From Polyangiaceae bacterium (GTDB lineage: Bacteria; Myxococcota_A; Polyangia; Polyangiales; Polyangiaceae), in contig CBDCTZ010000016.1 of assembly GCA_965222375.1 (NCBI GenBank), positions 2,272,001 to 2,336,000 on the forward strand: a stretch of 64,000 nt of DNA, read 5' to 3'. Positions 10,377-19,665 of the stretch are shown here, piece by piece. The translations under genes and the position numbers were made by a program. Each line of letters begins with the position of its first letter. Position 1 is the stretch's first letter. Below the pieces are notes generated by a model. The model did not search any database, was not told the DNA's origin, and saw only the letters and a program-made list of their open reading frames with translations.

Positions 10377-12521
10377 ATGTCGGACGAACCCAAAGACCCT
10401 TTCAGTTGGGTGGGTGCCACCCTCGACGAAAAATACCGCATCGACGAGCTGATCGGCGAAGGTGGTTTTTCCGTCGTCTACCGCGCTCACCACCTGGGGT
10501 TCTCCGAGCACGTTGCGGTCAAGTGCTTACGCGTTCCGGAGACGCTGGAAGGAAAACAGCGCGCACGCTTCTTCGAGAGCTTCATGGAGGAAGGGCGGCT
10601 ACTCCACCGACTCAGTCGCGCGACGACCAGCATCGTGCAGGCCCTGGACGTTGGCGCAGCGGACTCACCCAACGGCCTATGGACGCCCTACCTCGTGTTG
10701 GAGTGGCTCGAGGGCAAGAGCTTGGAGCACGATCTGGAGGAGCGAGCAAAGGCCAGCCTTGGGGGGCGCACGCTTTTGGAATCCATCGAGCTACTCGACC
10801 CCGTCGCTCGCGCGCTACGCCTTGCTCACGATCAAGGCATTGCTCACCGCGACATCAAACCAGCCAACCTCTTCCTCACCGATGTAAGCGGCGAAGTCAC
10901 CATGAAGGTGCTCGACTTTGGGATCGCCAAGGTTTTGGATGAGGCCAAGGGAACCAGCAACGTCTTCGAGAGTACCGGCAATCACCTGCAAGCGTTCACC
11001 GCGCCCTACGGAGCTCCGGAGCAGTTCAGCCGTCGCTACGGTGCTACCGGTCCCTGGACCGACGTTTTCGCGCTGGCACTCGTCTTCATCGAGGTCGTTT
11101 CCGGCAAACGGGCGCTGGAAGGGACAGACGTTGCGGAACTCTTCGTCGCCTCCGCCGATCCAAACTACCGCCCGACGCTGAAATCCCTTGGCTACCCGGA
11201 TGCCCCTGAGGCGTTGGACGAAGTTCTGCTGCGCGCTCTGGCCATCGACCCCAAGGCAAGGCAGAGGAGCGTTCGGGACTTCTGGAACGAAATCCTCGCT
11301 GCCACGGGCATGGCAGAGCTGCCTGGTCCTCGCAGCAGCAGGACGACGATGGATTCGGGAACGCAAGAGTCCCTGCAGTTTGAGGTGGAGTCGGACGGCA
11401 CGAGGCCCGTGGTTGGTCCGAAGCCGTTGGCGGACGTGGAGCGGCCACCCGCGCCGACCGAGCTCTCCAGTAGCACGGGGCTGCCCGTGGATTCCGCCCG
11501 TGTGCCCGAGCGAGCTCAGGGCGTTAGTCCCGTGACGATCGCGGTTGTTGGCATCGGAGCTGCTCTCTTGGGGATCGCGATTGTTCTCCTGACGGCGGTG
11601 GTGCTCGAGAGCCCGGTGCCCAAGACGGCAGCCTCCGCGGCGAGCGCGCTGCCCCTGGTCGCCAGCACCCCCCCGCCACCTGCATCAAGCGCGTCCACCG
11701 AACCCAGAGCACCCACGGAGCGAGTCCTGAGCAGCACGCCCCCGCGCACCGTGGGTCAGGGGCGAGTGCCAAACGAAGAGCGCTGGCTCGACGAATTTCG
11801 GGTTCAGCGCCTTGATGGCGCCATGGGCAAATCCCTCGCCGACTCCCAGGCCTTGTGCGCCCAGTCTGGCCTGAGTCTTTGCTCCGAAGCGCAGTGGGCG
11901 CGCGCTTGCGAGTTGTATCCGGATTTTGGTCGCATGTCGGTGTGGACTCTCAGCGCCCATCCAGCTGGCTTTGTGGTGCGGGGAGGCGCCAGCTGTGCCG
12001 TACGTGCTGTGGCACTCGGAACCAAGGGCACCCCAGACCGAGGCGCGCTATGTTGCGAGCGAGAGGTTGCGCTTCGCAGCGGAAACATGAACCGAACTTG
12101 GCTCAAGGCGACGGCGAAGCGCCTGGTTGGGGTGGAAGCTACGCTCAACCGACGAGACACGTCCCAGTTTGGTTCTCTAGTTTCCGAAATGGTCGACGTG
12201 GATGAAAAACTGTTGCGAAGGGAAGAACTGCGCAAGCAGCTGGAAGACAGCTTCGCACAGTACCCGAAGCAGTGGTTCGTGATTGACACGTGCAGTGTCT
12301 CCGTCCGCGTGTCCAGAAAGAAGGCCAAGGGGCCGACTCGGCTGAAGAAAGGCGTGCCCGAGCGCTTTCGAGAGAACGCAGCTTGGCTCGCCGAGTGTGA
12401 AGAGCTTCGCTATCGTGACAAGGCGTTCACGTCGGTCACCGTGGAGTACGTTTTCGGCGGTAGTGGGCGTCTGCAGTCAGTGCGGGACTTGAAAGCACCC
12501 CGCACCGTCCAAACCCAGTGA
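10377..12521 (+). CDS. Membrane-anchored Hanks-type Ser/Thr protein kinase
   Basis: GEGGFSVV, VAVK, HRDIKPAN, DFG, APEQ; TM helix; Cys-containing extracytoplasmic region. Confidence 0.92.
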   Translation: MSDEPKDPFSWVGATLDEKYRIDELIGEGGFSVVYRAHHLGFSEHVAVKCLRVPETLEGKQRARFFESFMEEGRLLHRLSRATTSIVQALDVGAADSPNGLWTPYLVLEWLEGKSLEHDLEERAKASLGGRTLLESIELLDPVARALRLAHDQGIAHRDIKPANLFLTDVSGEVTMKVLDFGIAKVLDEAKGTSNVFESTGNHLQAFTAPYGAPEQFSRRYGATGPWTDVFALALVFIEVVSGKRALEGTDVAELFVASADPNYRPTLKSLGYPDAPEALDEVLLRALAIDPKARQRSVRDFWNEILAATGMAELPGPRSSRTTMDSGTQESLQFEVESDGTRPVVGPKPLADVERPPAPTELSSSTGLPVDSARVPERAQGVSPVTIAVVGIGAALLGIAIVLLTAVVLESPVPKTAASAASALPLVASTPPPPASSASTEPRAPTERVLSSTPPRTVGQGRVPNEERWLDEFRVQRLDGAMGKSLADSQALCAQSGLSLCSEAQWARACELYPDFGRMSVWTLSAHPAGFVVRGGASCAVRAVALGTKGTPDRGALCCEREVALRSGNMNRTWLKATAKRLVGVEATLNRRDTSQFGSLVSEMVDVDEKLLRREELRKQLEDSFAQYPKQWFVIDTCSVSVRVSRKKAKGPTRLKKGVPERFRENAAWLAECEELRYRDKAFTSVTVEYVFGGSGRLQSVRDLKAPRTVQTQ

Positions 12522-12617
12522 CGCTGCTCATCCCAGGCCTCGGCGTCCCGCACGTCCGTCCGAGCGCTTCGACCCGGCGATTTGCTTTCTGCGGGAAAAG
12601 TCTTCTATGAGCGTCCC

Positions 12618-13130
12618 ATGGCGTTCGCTACTCGGAGCCTCGCTCTTCTGCTCGGCGCCTGCGCTTTGGGCTGCGCGCCTCCGCGTACTGCCGCGGACCC
12701 TGAGCCCCCAGTCGCCACGGGGAGTGGCCATCGGCTGGCAGAGGGAGCGCTGCCCCCGGCAGCGGGGGTGCTGCCCCAACCGGCGCCATCGGTGCCCGCG
12801 CAGCCCGCCACGCCTCTGGCTGTGGAACACGGCAAGGCCACCTACTACTCGGACGGACTTGCGGGCAGAAAGACCGCTAGCGGACAGCCCTATATACCAG
12901 CGAACCTCACGGCTGCTCACAAAAAACTGCCGTTCGGGACTCGGGTCCGCGTCATCCGAACCGACACCGGGCATCAAGTCATCGTCGTGATCAACGACCG
13001 CGGGCCCTTTGCGGGTGCTGAGCGCATCATCGATGTGTCCGGGGCCGCCGCCCGGCAGCTCGACATGATGCGAGCTGGGGTCGTGCCCGTTAGAGTAGAA
13101 GTCTTGGAGTATGGCACTGGACGCCGCTAG
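12618..13130 (+). CDS. rlpA: RlpA-like (DPBB) lytic transglycosylase lipoprotein
   Basis: Lipobox ALGC; GKATYY, TAAHKKLPFGT, INDRGPF, RIIDVS. Confidence 0.9.
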   Translation: MAFATRSLALLLGACALGCAPPRTAADPEPPVATGSGHRLAEGALPPAAGVLPQPAPSVPAQPATPLAVEHGKATYYSDGLAGRKTASGQPYIPANLTAAHKKLPFGTRVRVIRTDTGHQVIVVINDRGPFAGAERIIDVSGAAARQLDMMRAGVVPVRVEVLEYGTGRR

Positions 13131-13381
13131 CCCCACTTCAGAATAAGGCGTGAGCGAACGAACCGCGCGCTGATTCCCACCAGGCCCGGTGCATGGGCCA
13201 CCTTGTCCAGGAGCGCCAAGGCCTGTTCGTGGGTCAGCACTCCGTTGGGGATGCGAAGGTCTAGCGCTCCCTGACGGATCACTTCTCTGGCCTTGGCATC
13301 ACCGAGCGCCGGCGCGAGCAGTTCGATCAATACGCCCTGGGAGACCAGGTTGCCGGTGCCGCGATGCGGGGGTTCGTTCAC
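13127..13381 (-). CDS. Small helical hypothetical protein downstream of FIST gene
   Basis: 84-aa ORF 22 nt after the FIST stop, same strand, amphipathic composition. Confidence 0.6.
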   Translation of the reverse strand: MNEPPHRGTGNLVSQGVLIELLAPALGDAKAREVIRQGALDLRIPNGVLTHEQALALLDKVAHAPGLVGISARFVRSRLILKWG

Positions 13382-13403
13382 AGTTTCGTATCCGTTCCCG
13401 CCC

Positions 13404-14585
13404 CTACACCGGAAAAGCCAACACTACCGTGGTCGTATTGTGGAAGCCGGACATGTCGCCGGTTGCCAACGCGATTTCGCCATAGGTCTCGAACCCCGCC
13501 AAGGGCACATCACCGAGCGCTTCCGAGACTTCCTTGACCGCGTCGTGGAAGCGATCACCGAGAATCAAGTTGCGACAGATGCAATCGAATACGAGGGCGC
13601 CTGCAACCTGGCCATCCCCCAACGCCTCTTTGGCCCGTTCGGCTGCGGTCCGCGCGCTCGCAATTTGTCGCTCGGGCACGCTCTCGGTGATTCGGATCTC
13701 CGCGCCTTCGGGAATGCCACACGCGAAGGACAAGGAGCCGTCCTCGCTCTTCGCGAGGGGAGCTCGAATCTTGAAGTCCTGGCCCGCAGCCAGCCCGGCC
13801 TCATAGCGAAGCAGGAACCCGCCGATCTGGTCGCCGCTCAGAGTCGCCGGGTCCAGGCCGTGCTCAGCAGCAGCTTCCTTCGTCTGCTCTGCCCACACGT
13901 CCCATGCTGGGCGACCGTCAATCTCGTGCACCACAGCACCTTCTGCTCTGGTGATCTTCAGTGGCTTGGAGAGGGGCTGATGACCGTGGCACACGCCAAC
14001 TCCCAGGGGCTGCTTGGTGAACAGCTTGACCAGAACGATCGCGTCCGAGGTGACCCGGCTGCCCAGGCCGACGTGGGTGGTTTTCATGGCTAGGTCGTCG
14101 CCGGCAGCGCCCCCGGCGAGGGGTACGTCGCCACCGAGGAGAGTTGCCGCGAGCAGTGCTGCTTCCTCGCCGTTGCCGGTGAGCGGGTCCAGCAGCATGA
14201 TCGCGGTGACGAAGGGGTAGCCGGCCTCGGAGTCAGGAAGGCCGTCCAGGGCCCCCCGGACGGCTTCCTCGGGCCCCTTGGTCAAGCCTGCGCCCATGCC
14301 AGCACGCACTACCAGCTTGCCCGCAACTGCGAAGGCGGAGACTGAACCCTTGGCGTCTCGGGCTTCGGTAAACTCCCCAGCGGTGCTTGCGCCCACGACG
14401 CACGCATCTGGGAACGCGCTGCTTGCGACACTCAGAACTTGCTCCAGGGGTTGTTCCGTAGATGCGAACACGCACACCAGAGCGGGGCTGTCGCCCTCAA
14501 GGCTGTGGCGCAGGCTCTCCACCAGGGCGTTTCCCGCGGCGTCCGCAGGTCCGGTTGCGAGGGCAGTGGCTACTCGAAAGCTCAT
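13404..14585 (-). CDS. Stand-alone FIST (FIST-N + FIST-C, NosP-like) sensor protein
   Basis: GASTAGEF, LAGGAAGD, VHEIDGRPA, FDCICR, GFETYGEI, FHNTT; GGAGG upstream of ATG 14585. Confidence 0.88.
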   Translation of the reverse strand: MSFRVATALATGPADAAGNALVESLRHSLEGDSPALVCVFASTEQPLEQVLSVASSAFPDACVVGASTAGEFTEARDAKGSVSAFAVAGKLVVRAGMGAGLTKGPEEAVRGALDGLPDSEAGYPFVTAIMLLDPLTGNGEEAALLAATLLGGDVPLAGGAAGDDLAMKTTHVGLGSRVTSDAIVLVKLFTKQPLGVGVCHGHQPLSKPLKITRAEGAVVHEIDGRPAWDVWAEQTKEAAAEHGLDPATLSGDQIGGFLLRYEAGLAAGQDFKIRAPLAKSEDGSLSFACGIPEGAEIRITESVPERQIASARTAAERAKEALGDGQVAGALVFDCICRNLILGDRFHDAVKEVSEALGDVPLAGFETYGEIALATGDMSGFHNTTTVVLAFPV

Positions 14586-14693
14586 TTTGGTCAAACCTCC
14601 CAAACCTAGGCTCTTAAGGCGACGACGCGTCCAGGCTTCGTGAAATGAGAACGGCTTTTGCGTCGAGCACTTGAGCGCGCGCCGAGATGAGTC

Positions 14694-15557
14694 CTACGCA
14701 CTTACACATACATGGACGCCCTGCTCACGGATCTGCCCGGCGAAGTCTGCGAGCCACGCCTCGGGCAGGGCATGCACGGCATTGGCTTCCGGCTGATGGG
14801 AAGCGCGAGCAATCGTGTACAGGTGCACGCCCAGAATAGGGACACCGTCCTGCATCAGCTGGTGCAACGCTTGTAAGTAGGCGCTCTGTTCGCTTTTGCT
14901 CGGCGGGATTCCGTCCCACTGGAACAAGCAGGTTTGGAGCCACGTTGGGCAGAGGGTCGCGGCAAGCCGCAGGTTGCTGAGATGCTCCTCCGGTGCCAGG
15001 TGGCAGGAGTTGATTCGACTCGAACCCACTGCGGTGGCGCTGTCCAGTTTGAACCAGACAACGCCGTTCAATTGCTTCAGGCGCTTCAGCGCAGCTTGTA
15101 CGTGAGGTTTGTGAACCAACGAGCCGTTCGTGATCAAGACTACTGGAATCTTCTGAGCCAAGCCGACGGCATTCAATACTTTGTCCAACACTTCCAGACA
15201 GCCTTCCAGCTGGGCGCTGCTGGTCGGTTCCCCATTGCCGGAGATCGCGGCGTCTTTCAGCTGCCGTGCGCCTACGGGAACCCGTTCAGCGAGGAAGTCG
15301 CCATGCTGGATCCAGTTGAACATTTGCCGAAGCTCCGTATCCAGTAGCTCCAGATCGATGATGGGTGCTTTGCCAAAGCTCAGGTCGGGCACCTGGCAGT
15401 AGACGCAGCGCCAATTGCAGGCGTTGTTGGGATTGAGGTTGATACCAATACTGACGCCGCCCGCGCGTCGAGACACGACTGGGTAGACGTAGGTCATCTC
15501 CACCGCGTTCCGATCGTGATCGACGACCGAAAGTCGGTGCTTCTGACGGCGTTGCAT
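14694..15557 (-). CDS. Radical SAM protein
   Basis: CNWRCVYC motif, YPVVSRRAGGVSIGINL, SGNGEPT, ITNGS. Confidence 0.88.
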   Translation of the reverse strand: MQRRQKHRLSVVDHDRNAVEMTYVYPVVSRRAGGVSIGINLNPNNACNWRCVYCQVPDLSFGKAPIIDLELLDTELRQMFNWIQHGDFLAERVPVGARQLKDAAISGNGEPTSSAQLEGCLEVLDKVLNAVGLAQKIPVVLITNGSLVHKPHVQAALKRLKQLNGVVWFKLDSATAVGSSRINSCHLAPEEHLSNLRLAATLCPTWLQTCLFQWDGIPPSKSEQSAYLQALHQLMQDGVPILGVHLYTIARASHQPEANAVHALPEAWLADFAGQIREQGVHVCVSA

Positions 15558-15705
15558 GTGGGAAGTCTAGTTGGGCGAGTCGACCTACCAAGGCCGAATT
15601 TCTAGCGTTCGTGGCAAGAGCCTAACGCCGAAGCCGCCTGGGGCCGCTCAATGACACAATCATGACGCGCCGGCACCTGCTGGGCATGGTACGCGCGCCG
15701 TCACT

Positions 15706-16284
15706 TTGAGCCCTGAAGCGAAGCGTCTCACAGCAAAAGCGCTGATCGGCTCCATGGGCTGGAGGCCTGGCGGGGTTGCGCCGAACGTCGACAAGGCGGT
15801 CGTAATCGCCGCTCCTCATACGTCGAACTTGGATGGGATCATGCTGGTCGCTTTCGCTTGGCACTTCGGTGTCGACATCCAATTCATGGTCAAAGACAGT
15901 GTGACGAAGGCTCCACTGCTGGGCAGTATTGTTCGGGGTGTAGGCGGGGTAGCAATCGATCGCTCCCAGAGCAAGGACGTGGTCTCGGCCATGGTGCGAG
16001 AGTTCGGGCTACGACAAAAGCTGCTGCTCGTAGTGTCTCCGCCGGGGACGCGCAGCCGGCGCGAGCATTGGAAGAGCGGTTTCTACTGGATTGCGCAGCG
16101 GGCACGAGTGCCGCTGGTGTGTAGCTACCTCGACTACGGGAAGAAGGAAGGTGGGTTTGGCCCGGCTCTCGAGGTGACTGGGGATCTCAAGAAAGACATG
16201 GATCAGCTGCGCGAGTTCTACGACGGTGTCAAGGGACGCTATCCTGATCGAGTTTCACCGGTTCGGCTGGCCTCCGAAGAGTAA
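15706..16284 (+). CDS. 1-acyl-sn-glycerol-3-phosphate acyltransferase family
   Basis: PHTSNLD, PPGTR, WKSGFYWIA, YLDY. Confidence 0.88.
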   Translation: MSPEAKRLTAKALIGSMGWRPGGVAPNVDKAVVIAAPHTSNLDGIMLVAFAWHFGVDIQFMVKDSVTKAPLLGSIVRGVGGVAIDRSQSKDVVSAMVREFGLRQKLLLVVSPPGTRSRREHWKSGFYWIAQRARVPLVCSYLDYGKKEGGFGPALEVTGDLKKDMDQLREFYDGVKGRYPDRVSPVRLASEE

Positions 16285-16302
16285 GCCGATCCGAAGGCAG
16301 CC

Positions 16303-16803
16303 TCAGGGGCGCGCCTCGGGTTCGTCCTTGAGCTTGTCGCCAACGCTGGCCCGTTCGAGCACCCAACCCGGGCCTGTTTGGCGAAGCTCCGCCTGAAAGC
16401 GGTAGCGAGCCCGATGCAGGTCCCCAGCTTGGGACTCGCTGATGGATAGCTCCCCTTCGACGTGCGCCTGGTCGCCCTGCATTCGAACAGCGAGGCCCTC
16501 GAGGCTCACGACGGCGTGAGGTCGTCGCTTCAGCCAAGCGACTACACGCGCTTTCAATGCAACCCTTTCCAGCCCGCCAGCCCCTGGCAGATCGACCCGG
16601 GTATTGGAGGTCGTCGCCTCTTGAATGACCTCCAGGGCGAGCCGCATTCGCTGGTCTTGTGAGCGCCCGGTTTTCGCGCTCAAACGCTCTGCCGCGTCTC
16701 GCAAGGACGCTTCCGCGCGCGCCCTCGGCGATCGACCGAGGGCTACCCAGACTAGGCCCAGTACTAGAACGAGCCCGGTGAGGATCCACCATCGCCGGTT
16801 CAT
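16303..16803 (-). CDS. Membrane-anchored hypothetical protein, possible NTF2-like fold
   Basis: N-terminal hydrophobic anchor; C-terminal beta pattern AELRQTGPGWVL. Confidence 0.6.
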   Translation of the reverse strand: MNRRWWILTGLVLVLGLVWVALGRSPRARAEASLRDAAERLSAKTGRSQDQRMRLALEVIQEATTSNTRVDLPGAGGLERVALKARVVAWLKRRPHAVVSLEGLAVRMQGDQAHVEGELSISESQAGDLHRARYRFQAELRQTGPGWVLERASVGDKLKDEPEARP

Positions 16804-16859
16804 CGTTTCATCCTCGCATCTCCGGGCATCTGACGGGAATTTCTGGCGCTAGGGCAGGG

Positions 16860-16887
16860 TTGACTACGTTCCGGCGCTGCTTAACTT
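16860..16887 (+). promoter_or_regulatory. Possible sigma70-type promoter of hsp20
   Basis: TTGACT-N16-TAACTT about 105 nt upstream of the start; AAGGAGG RBS at 16981. Confidence 0.35.
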
Positions 16888-16992
16888 GAGAAGACGTTCG
16901 ACACGCCGGTTGGGTCAGTCTCGCCGGCACCGAACCGGATACCACTTTGGATGCGCTGGGCCGTAGCTGCCCCCGCGCAAAAGGAGGCGACC

Positions 16993-17415
16993 ATGTTGAG
17001 CCTATGGAATGGTTTCGATGACCTATTGCGATTTGACGATGTGTTTCGAGGAATGGCACCTAAGGGCAACCAGGACAAGCCCTCCTTCGTGCCATTGGTG
17101 GACATCAAGGAAGACGAGCAGGCCTACAAGATCAGTGCAGAGCTGCCGGGGATGAAGGTCGAAGACGTCGACGTTCAGGTAGACGGCAACGTGCTGACGA
17201 TCTCCGGTGAGCGGACATTCGAGAAAGAGAAGGAAGGCGAGGGTTACCACCGCGTCGAGCGACGCTACGGTTCCTTCAGCCGTCGCTTCTTCCTCCCGGA
17301 CTCCGTAGACGGCACGAAGACCGAGGCGAAGATGCGGGATGGTCTGCTGGGGATCTGGGTTCCCAAGGCCGCGGTGGCCAAGGCTCGCAAGATTGCGGTC
17401 AAGGCCGCCGACTGA
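16993..17415 (+). CDS. Small heat-shock protein Hsp20/alpha-crystallin
   Basis: PLVDIKE, AELPG, LTISGER, ERRYGSFSRRFFLP, GLL; C-terminal IxV. Confidence 0.95.
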   Translation: MLSLWNGFDDLLRFDDVFRGMAPKGNQDKPSFVPLVDIKEDEQAYKISAELPGMKVEDVDVQVDGNVLTISGERTFEKEKEGEGYHRVERRYGSFSRRFFLPDSVDGTKTEAKMRDGLLGIWVPKAAVAKARKIAVKAAD

Positions 17416-17510
17416 CCTGGTGGACCGGCTGGCCCGACCGGATTCGGTCTTGTGCGCCCGTCCAGCCGACAAAACGTGCTTCGTTTCAGCGCAAAGGGCT
17501 GCTCCAGGGC

Positions 17511-17526
17511 TGGCACGCGGAGTGCT
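17511..17526 (+). promoter_or_regulatory. sigma54 (-24/-12) promoter-like site
   Basis: TGGCACGCGGAGTGCT, GG-N10-GC spacing. Confidence 0.55.
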
Positions 17527-17663
17527 CCATTGGGAGCCTGTAGGAAAAAACTCCTACCCCAAAAGTGGAGGGAGGAAACCGTCCCGCGTACGTAGAAGGC
17601 ATGGCAAGGCGAGGGGAGCTGGGTACGAGCCTCCAGAACGAACTCAGCGAGCCACGCCGCGAC

Positions 17664-17709
17664 AGAAAACACCCCGGGCTCCATAGGCCCACCATTGGAG
17701 CCCGGGGTG
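17664..17709 (-). terminator. Strong hairpin, rho-independent-terminator-like on the minus strand
   Basis: CACCCCGGGCTCCA...TGGAGCCCGGGGTG perfect 14-bp stem followed by TTTTCT on minus strand. Confidence 0.55.
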
Positions 17710-17858
17710 AGTCGCACTCCTGCGTGACTGAGACGATAGCGCGTGCAGAAGCGCACTGTCGCTGAGGGGTTGAGCAGCGGCTTTTGCCGGTATTTGGGAA
17801 GCCGACCCCCTCCATCGCGTAAGATGGGGACAGCGGTCTTCGCTTGCGAGGGTACAGA

Positions 17859-18806
17859 GTGAAACACTCAAATAGTCGATTCCGGTGGGGCGTGGTGGTG
17901 CTGGGGGCCAGCCTTGGGCTGGTGGCCGGCCCGGCGGCCGCTCAGCCGACGCAGATTCAAGTCAGGGCGGGCTCGACCAACGGCTGGGCAAGAAAGGCCC
18001 CTAGTGTCGAAAGCGCCGTCCGTGCCGGCAAGCCCATCGTGGTCGAGGTTTTCATTCCGCTTTGCTCGGATGAAAAAGGGGGCAAGTGCGGAAAGCACAA
18101 GGGGGCGGGGGACCCCGCCAACTTGGAGGACAACCTGTACTGGGGTGCGGTTTGGGGAGCGCGCCGCTATTTAGCCCGCCACTGGCTGGGCTGGAAGAAG
18201 ATAGAACAGACCGCAGGTAGCGGATCCGTGTTGGAACGCGTGGTAGTCACTCGGCAGGCTAGCGGTTCACGTTGGGGGATCACAGATGGTGTCGAGCAGA
18301 TCGTCGTCATGCATGGTTACAACGGCGACGCCGGCAAGGAGGCGATGGACCGTTTCAGAAGCCGCGCCACCGGCGGCGGTTCTGTGAGCTTTGACCGGGG
18401 TCAGCGCTCGGAAACGGTCTCTGTGGTCGGGTTCATGGGTCGCAATCCACTCTTGAAGAACGGGAAGATCCCCCGGAAAGTGGACCTGCCGGTGGCCAGT
18501 GCCAGCGCGGGTGCCATTCCCAGCTTCACGATCGCCGCGCATTCTCGCGAGACCATCGTGCCATGGCTGTACATTAGTGGTTCGCCGATCCTAATCGCTC
18601 CCCGCGGACCAGTGGCATCCGAGGCCTACGTGCTCGACAAGGTGCTCAAAGGCATCGGCAACAACCACAGCACATGGGAAATCTGGAAGCAGGTCGCCAA
18701 GACGTACATGAAGTACCAGAAGGTCCCCAAGAAGTTAGCTGAAGTCTACTGGGCGCCTTATCTGCCGAAGGTCTCGAGTTGGGCGAAGAAGCCGCCCCGA
18801 CGTTAG
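17859..18806 (+). CDS. Secreted hypothetical protein
   Basis: Signal peptide ending PAAA; NLYWGAVWG; coherent 315-aa ORF. Confidence 0.7.
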   Translation: MKHSNSRFRWGVVVLGASLGLVAGPAAAQPTQIQVRAGSTNGWARKAPSVESAVRAGKPIVVEVFIPLCSDEKGGKCGKHKGAGDPANLEDNLYWGAVWGARRYLARHWLGWKKIEQTAGSGSVLERVVVTRQASGSRWGITDGVEQIVVMHGYNGDAGKEAMDRFRSRATGGGSVSFDRGQRSETVSVVGFMGRNPLLKNGKIPRKVDLPVASASAGAIPSFTIAAHSRETIVPWLYISGSPILIAPRGPVASEAYVLDKVLKGIGNNHSTWEIWKQVAKTYMKYQKVPKKLAEVYWAPYLPKVSSWAKKPPRR

Positions 18807-19295
18807 CTTCCGCCGCGTGGGCACTGAAGCGTCGGTGCCCCAGCCACCAGCTTCACTCGCCGTAGGCATAGAGGGTCGCAGAGACCCGCCAGCTGCCTCC
18901 GTCGGCGACGTCCGCGATCTTCCAACGACCGAGTGGAAGTTCTTGCCCTTGCTGTCACTACCGATGCGCGCGCGGTCCAGGATGGTCACTTCGTAGGGCG
19001 ACGCAAACGTGTCGGTCGCGACGTCGGCGCCCGCATCCCCGGTACCGCCTGAGTCCACCCTCGGTGTGCCGGTGGCTCGCTGGAGCTGCAAGCTGCCAAC
19101 AACGGCACCAACAGCCACGAGGGATTCATCGGCGCAGGGATCCCTTAACCCTAGCGGGTTTTTTGGCGTTCCCAGCATGCTGGGTAGGGCAGGGTAGGGA
19201 AGGTTCCTACCCCCTGGTCCGTACAGAAAGGCGCGGAAGCTACGGCGGCCTTTTGAAGCGTAGCCAATACTATCGAGCACTTGGGAGTTTGCGGG

Positions 19296-19634
19296 ATGAC
19301 TGACTGGACCCTTGCCGACCCGTCGATGCGCTGGGCGTCCGAGCGTCGGAACCACCGCAGGGTTCCTGTCGAGGCGCAGGCCGCCATCGGTGAGGGGGAT
19401 TCGGTGGCCCAGGTTTCTTGCGTCGATCTATCCGTCGGCGGCTTGCTTCTCGATAGTGCTGCGCCGCCAGCTTTGGGCCAGCGCGTTGCGATCGAGCTCA
19501 CTTTGGATGCGACGACGTCTGTGAAAACCGAGGCCGAGGTGGTTCGCTGCGAAGGCACTCGAATAGGTCTCAGGTTCTTGCGCCTGGAGCCAAGCGCGCT
19601 CGGAGCGCTGCTCGAGAAGATCACCGCGCCTTGA
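19296..19634 (+). CDS. Single-domain PilZ protein
   Basis: RRNHRR (RxxxR) and DLSVGG (DxSxxG), GLRF. Confidence 0.88.
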   Translation: MTDWTLADPSMRWASERRNHRRVPVEAQAAIGEGDSVAQVSCVDLSVGGLLLDSAAPPALGQRVAIELTLDATTSVKTEAEVVRCEGTRIGLRFLRLEPSALGALLEKITAP

Positions 19635-19665
19635 ATTGCTGTCGGGCTCGCCTTAGGACTGAGGC

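Noticed and set aside
17420..17858. tmRNA, RNase P, SRP, cobalamin or c-di-GMP riboswitch identity for the structured gap
   Set aside because: Diagnostic conserved motifs were not found by eye; kept only as an unassigned sRNA candidate
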